Origin: Candidatus Calditenuis fumarioli
Lineage (GTDB): Archaea; Thermoproteota; Nitrososphaeria_A; Caldarchaeales; Calditenuaceae
Assembly (NCBI GenBank): GCA_030059665.1
Contig: JANVYR010000003.1
Location: forward strand, 63,716 to 127,715
Direction: 5' to 3'
DNA: 64,000 nt
Below the pieces are notes generated by a model that was not told the origin of the DNA, ran no database searches, and saw nothing but the letters and a program-made list of their open reading frames with translations. A program made the translations under genes and the position numbers. Positions 9,449-16,240 of this stretch are shown one piece after another. Every line of letters starts with the position of its first letter. Position 1 is the stretch's first letter.

Positions 9449-10212
9449 AGCCTCACCTCCAGCCCCCTCGAGGCCAGGTACTCCTTGACCTGTCTGACGG
9501 AGAAGCGGCCGAAGTGGAAGACCGAGGCCGCGAGGACCGCGTCAGCCCCGCCGTCAACGATCGCCCTGTAGAAGTCCTCGAGGGAACCAGCTCCACCGCT
9601 GGCGATCACGGGGATGCCGACGGAGTCCGAGATCCTCCTGAGGAGCTCGACGTCGTACCCCGCCTGTCGACCGTCCATGTCTATCGAGGTGACCAGCAGC
9701 TCGCCGGCGCCCAGCTCCTCGGCCCGCCTCGCCCACTCCTCCGCGGTGTACCTCGTCGGCCTCGTCCCCGAGTGGGTGTAGACCCTGTACGCGACGCCCT
9801 CGCCCTGAGCCTCCCTCTTGGCGTCTATGGCGACGACCACGCACTGGTCTCCGTACCTCCTCGCGATGGACCTCACGAGGTCAGGCCTCTCGACAGCCAT
9901 CGTGTTCACCGAGACCTTATCGGCGCCGTTCCTGAGGAGGGCCTCCGCGTCCTCGAGGGTCCTGATCCCACCACCCACCGTGAAGGGGATGTCCAGCTCC
10001 GACGCGACTCGCCTGACCACCTCCACCATGGTCCTCCTGCCCTCGAGCGTCGCGGATATGTCGAGGAAGACCAGCTCGTCAGCTCCTTCCTCGGCATACC
10101 TCCTGCCCAGCTCCACCGGGTCACCCGCGTCCCTCAGGTCCCTGAAGGAGATGCCCTTCACGACCCTGCCGTTCTCGACGTCCAGGCACGGTATCACCCT
10201 CTTCGCCACCAT
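9445..10212 (-). CDS. hisF: Imidazole glycerol phosphate synthase, cyclase subunit
   Basis: KRVIPCLDV...GADELVFLDI...TVGGGIR...ASGGAG...ASVFHF. The ATG at 10212 gives the canonical N-terminus; the track start at 10251 adds 13 aa. Confidence 0.93.
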   Translation of the reverse strand: MVAKRVIPCLDVENGRVVKGISFRDLRDAGDPVELGRRYAEEGADELVFLDISATLEGRRTMVEVVRRVASELDIPFTVGGGIRTLEDAEALLRNGADKVSVNTMAVERPDLVRSIARRYGDQCVVVAIDAKREAQGEGVAYRVYTHSGTRPTRYTAEEWARRAEELGAGELLVTSIDMDGRQAGYDVELLRRISDSVGIPVIASGGAGSLEDFYRAIVDGGADAVLAASVFHFGRFSVRQVKEYLASRGLEVRL

Positions 10213-10307
10213 CCGGCAGACCGATGAGGGGCGTGCATATCTCCCTTCCATTGCCGCGCGATGAAACGAGGGTTATTGACCCGGTACTGCGTACGTGCCA
10301 CGGGCTG

Positions 10308-11264
10308 ATGGAGAGGGGCCTGGTGGAGCTCGAGGCGACGGTCGAGAGGCTGAGGGAGGAGATAGACCGGCACATCCGCCGGAGGCTAAGCGAGAGGCCC
10401 GACAGCAGGATCGTCAGCTCGATCCTCGAGGGAGGCAAGAGGCTCAGGCCGGTCTTCCTGATGCTGGTCTTCGAGGCGCTGGGCGGCAAGGAGAGGGAGA
10501 CGGCGCTGGACGTGGCATACGCGCTGGAGCTGGCCCACAACGCCTCCCTCGTCCACGACGACGTGATAGACATGGACCTTTTCAGGAGGGGGAGGCCGGC
10601 ACTGTGGCGCAGGATCGGGATAGGCAGGGCGGTCATCGAGGGCCACAGGATCATCAACGCCGCCTTCTCAACGGCCCTGGAGAAGGGCGTGGAGATAGCC
10701 CGGATCTTCCTGGAGGCCTGGGACAAGGCATCGATGGGCGTCCTGGACGAGATCGTCTCCACCAGGCCGCCTTCCGAGATGTTCTATCTCCGGCTGATAG
10801 AGAACAAGACCGGCAGTTTGTTCGCCGCAGCGGCTGAGTCGGCCGCGGTGTGCGCGGACGCGCCACCGGAGCTGAGGGCCGCATTGAAGCGCTACGGCCT
10901 ACTGGTTGGGACCATCTACCAGCTCGCCGACGACGTCGTCGACCTCGTCCACAGGAGGTCCGTACCTGTGAGCCTGAGCCTCCTCATGAGGCAGCTCGAG
11001 GACGCCTTCGCCAAGGCGGTGATCGCGCTCAGAACCGGCTCCCTCCGGGAGGCTCTCAGGTTCCTGAGGGTTCCGAGGAACGACCTCAACTTCTTCACCT
11101 CGCTGATGGAGAGGAAGCTGAGGGAGCTGGACGCGTTGGTCGAGGAGCTGCCGATCGCACCCGAAGGGAAGGAGAAGCTGAGGCTCTTCCCGAGGTACTG
11201 CGTCAGGGAGATGTTGAGGGAGGGCAGGGTGAGGGCCGATGAGGTGCAGCTCCTGCGGCTGTGA
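10308..11264 (+). CDS. Polyprenyl (geranylgeranyl-type) diphosphate synthase
   Basis: First DDxxD in LVHDDVIDMD and second in YQLADDVVD. The ATG at 10308 avoids the overlap with hisF that the track start 10224 creates. Confidence 0.8.
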   Translation: MERGLVELEATVERLREEIDRHIRRRLSERPDSRIVSSILEGGKRLRPVFLMLVFEALGGKERETALDVAYALELAHNASLVHDDVIDMDLFRRGRPALWRRIGIGRAVIEGHRIINAAFSTALEKGVEIARIFLEAWDKASMGVLDEIVSTRPPSEMFYLRLIENKTGSLFAAAAESAAVCADAPPELRAALKRYGLLVGTIYQLADDVVDLVHRRSVPVSLSLLMRQLEDAFAKAVIALRTGSLREALRFLRVPRNDLNFFTSLMERKLRELDALVEELPIAPEGKEKLRLFPRYCVREMLREGRVRADEVQLLRL

Positions 11265-11374
11265 GGTCCGGCGCCCGAACGTGCTAGGCGGGAAGATCTT
11301 ATGTGACGATTGCTACGCTCGCCTCTCGGCGAAGGAGGACGGTCCGGTCTGCGCCCACTGAAAAGGGGTTCCGC

Positions 11375-12955
11375 ATGACGACGGTCATCGACCTGCTGGC
11401 CGCGCTCGGCGCCTCCTGGGCCAGGATAGGCGCTGCGCTGCTCCTCTCGATGGCCGCAGCGATCCTGATAGGCACCTCTGCGGCCGTCAACAGGAGGCTC
11501 GAGGCGGTGATAATACCTGCGCTGGACGTGCTCCAGAGCGTTCCGATCCTCGGATTCTTCCCGCTCGCGATAGCGCTGCTCGTCACGGTCTCCCCGGTCA
11601 TAGGGCCGGAGCTCGCGGCGCTCTTCCTGATCTTCACCTGCACCTTCTGGAACTTCGCCTTCTCGGTCTACGAGGCGGTCCGGAACGTGCCCGTCGAGAT
11701 CCGGGAGGCGCTCAGGCTCTGGGGCGTGCCGCTTCTCGACAGGTTCAGACACGTCTACCTCCCCGTCGCGATACCGAGGCTCGCCTCCAACCTGCAGCCC
11801 TCCACCGCCAACGCCTGGTTCTTCCTTACGGCCAGCGAGGTGATGTCTATCGGCGAGAAGGAGTACCGCGTCTTCGGGGTCGGCTCCCTCACCGCTGACC
11901 TGATCGGTAAAGGGGACTGGTCGTTGACGTTGCTCGTGCTGGCCATGACGCTGACCTCGATAGGTATCGTCCAGTACGCGGTTTACGTCCCACTGGCTGA
12001 CTGGGCCAGCCGCTTCGTGACCGAGCCGGGGGCTGCTACGAGGCCGAGGATCTTCGTCGGTCTCACCGCGATAGGGAGGGGTTTCAGGACCTTCGGGCAA
12101 GGGATCGCCACGATCTCGAGGGTCAGGCAACTGAGGGTTCCGCTGCAGGTCCACTTCGTGCCCCAGCTGGAGAGGTACAGGACCGCCTTCCTCTCCCTCA
12201 CGGCGCTCCTGGTGATAGGCACTGCCTTCAGCACGTTGCTGATCCGCTACTCGGGCGACCTGATAGGGCAGGCGCTCCTTCTGGCAAGGCGCTTCTCCAC
12301 CGCAGACTGGTATCTGATCGGAACGTCCCTAGGCCTCTCCACCGTCAGGGTGGCCGCGGTGCTCCTCATCTCCCTGCTCTGGTCCGTGCCGCTCGCGTAC
12401 CTCCTATCGGTCGACCAGTCGAAGAGGAGGAGGGCACTGCCGGTGCTCCAGGTCCTCGTGTCGGTCCCAGCTCCCCTGCTGTATCCCGTCATAGCGCCGG
12501 CCTTCGCATCGCTCGGAGCTTTCGGGACGGAGATCGGGGCTGTGGTTATGATGCTGATGGGCTCGCAGTACTACGTGTTCTACGGGACGCTACAGGGCTT
12601 CATGGGCGTCGACCCCTCTTACCGGGAGCTGGTCAGGCTCAGCGGCCTCGGCCTCTGGAAGTCGATGCGCCTCGTGTACCTGCCCTTGGCGATGCCATCG
12701 ATCGTGACCGGATTGATCACCGCAGCCGGTGGGGCCTGGAACGCGACCGTGGTGGCCGAGAGGTTGAAGCTCGGGGACGCCGTCTATGAGACTGAGCTTC
12801 CCGGACTCGGCAAGGCGATCTCGGAGGCGGCCTCGGCCGGTGACGTCCACGGGCTCCTGATGCTGGTGATCGTGATGACCGGTTTCATCGTCCTCCTGAA
12901 CAGGACCCTCTGGGCCCAGGCCTACTCGAGGAGCATAGAGGCCGTCTCAGGTTGA
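11375..12955 (+). CDS. ABC transporter permease with two fused BPD-type permease domains (NitT/TauT-like)
   Basis: Two repeated modules each carry the LQSVPILGFFP / LQVLVSVPAPLLYP type loop, with about 12 TM segments. There is no adjacent ATPase or binding protein. The ATG at 11375 is preferred over the track start 11303. Confidence 0.75.
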   Translation: MTTVIDLLAALGASWARIGAALLLSMAAAILIGTSAAVNRRLEAVIIPALDVLQSVPILGFFPLAIALLVTVSPVIGPELAALFLIFTCTFWNFAFSVYEAVRNVPVEIREALRLWGVPLLDRFRHVYLPVAIPRLASNLQPSTANAWFFLTASEVMSIGEKEYRVFGVGSLTADLIGKGDWSLTLLVLAMTLTSIGIVQYAVYVPLADWASRFVTEPGAATRPRIFVGLTAIGRGFRTFGQGIATISRVRQLRVPLQVHFVPQLERYRTAFLSLTALLVIGTAFSTLLIRYSGDLIGQALLLARRFSTADWYLIGTSLGLSTVRVAAVLLISLLWSVPLAYLLSVDQSKRRRALPVLQVLVSVPAPLLYPVIAPAFASLGAFGTEIGAVVMMLMGSQYYVFYGTLQGFMGVDPSYRELVRLSGLGLWKSMRLVYLPLAMPSIVTGLITAAGGAWNATVVAERLKLGDAVYETELPGLGKAISEAASAGDVHGLLMLVIVMTGFIVLLNRTLWAQAYSRSIEAVSG

Positions 12956-13588
12956 CTCGACGACGAACCTCCCCCACATTCCGAGACTGACGTGCCCGGG
13001 AACGTTGCAGACGTAGTAGTAGGTCCCCTCCTTATCGGCGACGAAGTATACGGTCACCGAGGAGCCAGGCGGAATCGGGTTCCTCGGCGTTCCGGCCGCT
13101 GCACCTCTGAAGACAGGCTCCGCGTTGGGGTCCTCCCTCAGCTCCCGCACAACCGTCAGGACGTGAACCGCTTGGCCGACGTTCACCACCGTCAGCTTGA
13201 CCAGGGATCCGACCTTCACCCTCAGCTCAGGACCAGGTGAGAGTATCGAGTCGGGCCGCAGGCCGAAGCCGAAGTCGCCGGCGTAGACCGTCAGCTCGAC
13301 GTCCGGGCTCCTCGAGGGCGGTGTCGGTTGCTGTGGCTGCTGGGGCACCGCACCACCTCCACTCATCCACTGCATGCACGGGCACCAGCCCATCATGTAC
13401 CCCATCATCCCTCCCATCATTGATCCCATCATGTTCCACCTTCCCATCGTTCCTGCGGGAGGGACAGGAGAGGTGTCACGGGACCACCACATAGGTCCCC
13501 ACCAGAACGCGTAAGCACCGATCACCAGCACCGCCGCTGCCAGCACCGACACCGCGACCACCAGCACGAGGACGGTCCTGTCGTCCAA
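12947..13588 (-). CDS. Membrane-anchored type-1 copper (cupredoxin) protein with a Met-rich CPC linker
   Basis: N-terminal TM helix, a linker NMMGSMMGGMMGYMMGWCPCMQWM, and a Pro/Gln spacer. The C-terminal cupredoxin has ligand pattern H(VL)...YVCNVPGHVSLGM (C-x4-H-x4-M). Confidence 0.8.
   Translation of the reverse strand: MDDRTVLVLVVAVSVLAAAVLVIGAYAFWWGPMWWSRDTSPVPPAGTMGRWNMMGSMMGGMMGYMMGWCPCMQWMSGGGAVPQQPQQPTPPSRSPDVELTVYAGDFGFGLRPDSILSPGPELRVKVGSLVKLTVVNVGQAVHVLTVVRELREDPNAEPVFRGAAAGTPRNPIPPGSSVTVYFVADKEGTYYYVCNVPGHVSLGMWGRFVVEST
13389..13436 (-). repeat. Four tandem 12-nt units (plus strand cccatcatNNNN) encoding (MMGx)4
   Basis: cccatcat recurs at 13389, 13401, 13413 and 13425 with an exact 12-nt period. 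Confidence 0.9.
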
Positions 13589-13638
13589 CCTGGCTCACCT
13601 CACCGTTTAGTGGTCGGACCTGATAGAAATGGGGTGCG

Positions 13639-13667
13639 CGAAACGGTGTGAAACGTCGATCGTTTCG
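13639..13667. promoter_or_regulatory. Candidate operator: three phased CGAAACG/CGTTTCG-type sites between the cupredoxin and thioredoxin-fold genes
   Basis: CGAAACG at 13639-13645, (T)GAAACG at 13650-13655 and the inverted CGTTTCG at 13661-13667, with about 11-nt spacing. They lie in the 130-bp divergent intergenic region. Confidence 0.3.
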
Positions 13668-13718
13668 GACGTTGCTTTCACCTGGAAGGCGTAAATCCAC
13701 GCAGTCGCAGCTCATTCT

Positions 13719-14003
13719 GTGGTCCACCGGCTCGAGCTCTTCGTCGGAGGATGTCCCATCTGCGAGGAGGTGCTCAAGGAGGTTACGGTGGGGAAGTGCG
13801 CCGGCTGCGCGCTCGAGGTGTATGACCTCACGAGGCAGTACGCTGAGGTTGCAGGCAAGTTGAGGGAGTACCGGATCAGGTGCGTACCGACGCTGGTCAT
13901 CGACGGCCGCATCAGGATCGAAGGGAAAACCGCAGTTCGCGCTCATCTGCGACGACGAAATGTACCGGTTCCTCGAGGAGAACTACCGCATGCGCTGATC
14001 TGA
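13719..14003 (+). CDS. Small thioredoxin-fold protein (Thioredoxin_3 / glutaredoxin-like), CPIC motif; 3' end possibly frameshifted
   Basis: ELFVGGCPICEE...VPTLVIDGRIRIEGK matches the small redox-active disulfide protein pattern. The tail after GK reads better in the +1 frame (see findings). GTG start. Confidence 0.6.
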   Translation: MVHRLELFVGGCPICEEVLKEVTVGKCAGCALEVYDLTRQYAEVAGKLREYRIRCVPTLVIDGRIRIEGKTAVRAHLRRRNVPVPRGELPHALI

Positions 14004-14007
14004 CAAG

Positions 14008-14460
14008 TCACTGTCCCGATGCTCTCTGCCTCAGCCTGACGATTTTCGTGCGGCCGTAGGGCTGGGTGGTCACGACGCCCCTCCTCTCCAGCTCCCTCAC
14101 GAGCCTGTGGGCCCTGACCCTCGATATCCCGAGCTCCCTCGCCAGGTCCCGCTGCGTCACCTCTCCCCTCTCCGAGAGGAGCGCCACTACCTTCCTCTCC
14201 TCGTCGAGGAGGGCCGACGGCACCTCTCCCCTCCCGCGCGTCCCAGGGGCGTTCACCAGCACAGCCAGTGTCACCGCGACCCCGACGAGGCCCACGACGA
14301 CGAGGAAGCCGAACGCTGGTCCGAACGGCATCATCGCTGCGCACATCGGGCACATCCTAGCCATCTCGGGTGAGGCGTGAAACGAGATCATCACCGCGAA
14401 CGGCAGCACCAGCACGACCAGAGAGGCGGTCAGCGCCGCGATAAGGAAGGCCTTCTCCAC
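14008..14460 (-). CDS. Membrane-tethered winged-helix (MarR/TrmB-like) transcription regulator: two TM helices plus a C-terminal wHTH
   Basis: TM1 (about residues 4-26), loop HASPEMARMCPMCAAMMPFGP, TM2 (about residues 47-70). This is followed by EERKVVALLSERGEVTQRDLARELGISRVRAHRLVRELERRGVV, a typical wHTH. Confidence 0.7.
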   Translation of the reverse strand: MEKAFLIAALTASLVVLVLPFAVMISFHASPEMARMCPMCAAMMPFGPAFGFLVVVGLVGVAVTLAVLVNAPGTRGRGEVPSALLDEERKVVALLSERGEVTQRDLARELGISRVRAHRLVRELERRGVVTTQPYGRTKIVRLRQRASGQ

Positions 14461-14514
14461 ACCCCTCCGGTGAGGAACCGAGCATATAGGCGTGAAGGCG
14501 ACGAGGTTGACGAC

Positions 14515-14531
14515 CGTTTCGGAGCGTTTCG
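14515..14531. promoter_or_regulatory. Candidate operator: two direct CGTTTCG repeats between the regulator and the zinc-finger membrane protein gene
   Basis: CGTTTCG at 14515-14521 and 14525-14531, 10 nt apart. They sit between TATA-like catatag (14483-14489) and ggataattac (14535-14544). Confidence 0.3.
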
Positions 14532-14572
14532 CGAAGGATAATTACGCCGGTGCGGTCCTGGCGGTGCTGCGG

Positions 14573-15163
14573 ATGAGGTACAGGTGCAGGAGCTGCGGAG
14601 CCACCTTCGCCTCGAGGGAGGCCCTCAGGGCCCACATCAGGTCCAAGCACCCGGTTTCCTACTACGCTCCGAGGATCGGGTACGTCTCGGCCTTGGTCCT
14701 GGTCGCTCTGGTGGGCGGGTATCTGGTCCTCGCGAGGGAGCCGCCGGCACAGGCCGTGGGTGCGCCGATATCCGGCATAGAGTGCTGGTCGATGGAGCAG
14801 GTCGCGTACCACGTCCACGCCAAACTCGAGGTCTACGTCAGGGGAGAGAGGAGGACGGTGCCGGCCAACATCGGCATCATCCCGAACAGGTGCATGTACT
14901 GGCTCCACACCCATGACGCAACAGGCTGGATCCACGTCGAAGCTCCTAGGGAGATAAGGCCGACGCTGGGCCAGTTCTTCGACATATGGGGCCAGCCCCT
15001 GAGCCGCGAGAGGGTTCTCGACGTCGATCTCGTCTCCTCCGGTCTCGGGATGCGGGTTTACGTCGACGGCAAACCCTACGATGGCGACCCGAGGGAGATC
15101 GAGCTGATCGACATGAGGGAGATCGTTATAGACGTGGGTCCGCCCTTCGCGATCTCCGGTTAA
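14573..15163 (+). CDS. Membrane protein: N-terminal classical C2H2 zinc finger, one TM helix, His-rich extracytoplasmic domain of unknown function
   Basis: CRSCGATFASREALRAHIRSKH fits C-x2-C-x12-H-x4-H. The TM segment is YVSALVLVALVGGYLVLA. The outer domain has HVHAKL...WLHTHDATGWIHVE. The ATG at 14573 is preferred over the track start 14492. Confidence 0.6.
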   Translation: MRYRCRSCGATFASREALRAHIRSKHPVSYYAPRIGYVSALVLVALVGGYLVLAREPPAQAVGAPISGIECWSMEQVAYHVHAKLEVYVRGERRTVPANIGIIPNRCMYWLHTHDATGWIHVEAPREIRPTLGQFFDIWGQPLSRERVLDVDLVSSGLGMRVYVDGKPYDGDPREIELIDMREIVIDVGPPFAISG

Positions 15164-15402
15164 GCTGAGGCCCTCTCGAGGACCCTTTCGATGGCTGAGA
15201 CCCAGCGGAGGAACGCGTTGACGGCCGCCCTCATCGCCACGGTGTCGTCCGCCTCGAAGTCCAGCACCAGCTCGTCTCCGTCGAGCGAGACCTGAACCCT
15301 CGACCTCTGGCCGGGGAGAACGCCGGACTCCGGGAGGAGAGCGCGGTAGATCGCATCAGAACTACCTGATCTGATCCGAACCCTCAGCGCGCAGGGATGC
15401 AT
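15160..15402 (-). CDS. pcc1: KEOPS complex subunit Pcc1-like
   Basis: 80-aa protein with the Pcc1/CTAG pattern (SLDGDELVLDFEADDTVAMRAAVNAFLRWVS). It lies directly downstream of eL43, a frequent archaeal arrangement. Confidence 0.7.
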   Translation of the reverse strand: MHPCALRVRIRSGSSDAIYRALLPESGVLPGQRSRVQVSLDGDELVLDFEADDTVAMRAAVNAFLRWVSAIERVLERASA

Positions 15403-15406
15403 TCCC

Positions 15407-15619
15407 TCAGACCGTTGGGGCCCAGGCTCCGCCCGCGAACTTGTGCCCGCACTTCCTGCACTGCCATATGCCGACCGCGACCCTCCTCACCGCTACCCTT
15501 CCGCACCTGGAGCACTGGTAGGTGGCGTACTGCGTCTTCTCGAGCTCCTCGACCCTCTTCCTCAGCCTAGCGCCGTACCTCGCGCCGAACCTCTTCGTCG
15601 TTCCCTCGCCGGCCCTCAT
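15407..15619 (-). CDS. rpl37ae: Ribosomal protein eL43 (L37Ae)
   Basis: GTTKRFGARYG...YQCSRCG...WQCRKCGHKFAGGAW, a C4 zinc ribbon. In-frame ATGs are at 15619 and 15637. A T-rich box at 15643-15650 favours 15619. The track start 15721 is unlikely. Confidence 0.88.
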   Translation of the reverse strand: MRAGEGTTKRFGARYGARLRKRVEELEKTQYATYQCSRCGRVAVRRVAVGIWQCRKCGHKFAGGAWAPTV

Positions 15620-15994
15620 CGCCCCATCGGCTCGCATGCCGGTTGAAAAACCTGTGACCTGCCACAGGAGCGGGTTCCCGCATGAGGTGCTATATTTTGG
15701 AGTTTTGTCTTCGATGGCCATCTTCGTGGACGTCGTAGCCCTGGTCTCGAGCCGCTTCGATCGCAGCAGAGAGGCGGTGAGGTTAAGGCGTTAGCCGTCC
15801 TGGAGTGGACGTTTTGCGGGGCCGCATTTTATGTTGCTAAACTTCTTCACGCTGTATTACCCCACCATCGTCTCGAAGGCGAAGTGCTCGGAGCTGAGGC
15901 AAAGGAGCGCCAACTGGAGAAGAGGATATCGAGCTGTAAGGAATTATGCCGCAAGGCGTCATTGAAGCCCATGCTCCACCACGTGATTGTTGTC

Positions 15995-16079
15995 TGCGGG
16001 GGGTGGGATTCGAACCCACGAACCCCTACGGGACAGGGTCCTAAGCCCTGCGCCTTTGACCTGGCTCGGCCACCCCCGC
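15995..16079 (-). tRNA. tRNA-Leu (anticodon UAG), class II with a long variable arm, no encoded CCA
   Basis: The reverse complement reads GCGGGGG-UG-GCCGAGCCAGGUCAAAGGCG-CAGGG-CUUAGGA-CCCUG-UCCCGUAGGGGUUC-GUGGGUUCGAAUCCCAC-CCCCCGC-A. It has a 7-bp acceptor stem, a T-loop UUCGAAU and the anticodon loop CU-UAG-GA. Confidence 0.93.
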
Positions 16080-16104
16080 CCTCCTGTATCAAGCCTCGTC
16101 CTCA

Positions 16105-16112
16105 CTAAAAAT
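16105..16112 (-). promoter_or_regulatory. TATA-like box for tRNA-Leu
   Basis: The minus strand reads ATTTTTAG, 26-33 nt upstream of the tRNA 5' end at 16079. Confidence 0.4.
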
Positions 16113-16148
16113 CCTCGACGCCCGAGAGGGCCTCCATCAAGGGGTGCT

Positions 16149-16208
16149 GGGCTCAGACCCCACTCCTGAGATCACCGGTTCAGTCGCGACGTTCAGTCAT
16201 CATCGCCC
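16149..16208 (-). ncRNA. Candidate C/D-box sRNA (2'-O-methylation guide)
   Basis: Minus strand 16208->16149 reads GGGC-G-AUGAUGA (C, 16203-16197) - 13 nt CUGAACGUCGCGA - CUGA (D', 16183-16180) - ACCGG - UGAUCU (C', 16174-16169) - 12 nt CAGGAGUGGGGU - CUGA (D, 16156-16153) - GCCC. The terminal stem GGGC/GCCC and 3-nt bulge fit a k-turn. Confidence 0.55.
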
Positions 16209-16230
16209 GCATCAGAACGTCTCCCGGGCT

Positions 16231-16240
16231 CGAAATAAGA
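16231..16240 (-). promoter_or_regulatory. TATA-like box upstream of the C/D-box sRNA candidate
   Basis: The minus strand reads TCTTATTTCG, about 24-30 nt upstream of the predicted sRNA 5' end (16208-16212). Confidence 0.35.

Noticed and set aside
10916-12154. 412-aa ORF on the minus strand across the GGPP synthase end and the ABC permease start
   Set aside because: It is Arg/Pro/Gly/Glu-rich with no motifs. It spans an intergenic region and two well-supported plus-strand genes, so it is a high-GC antisense artefact.
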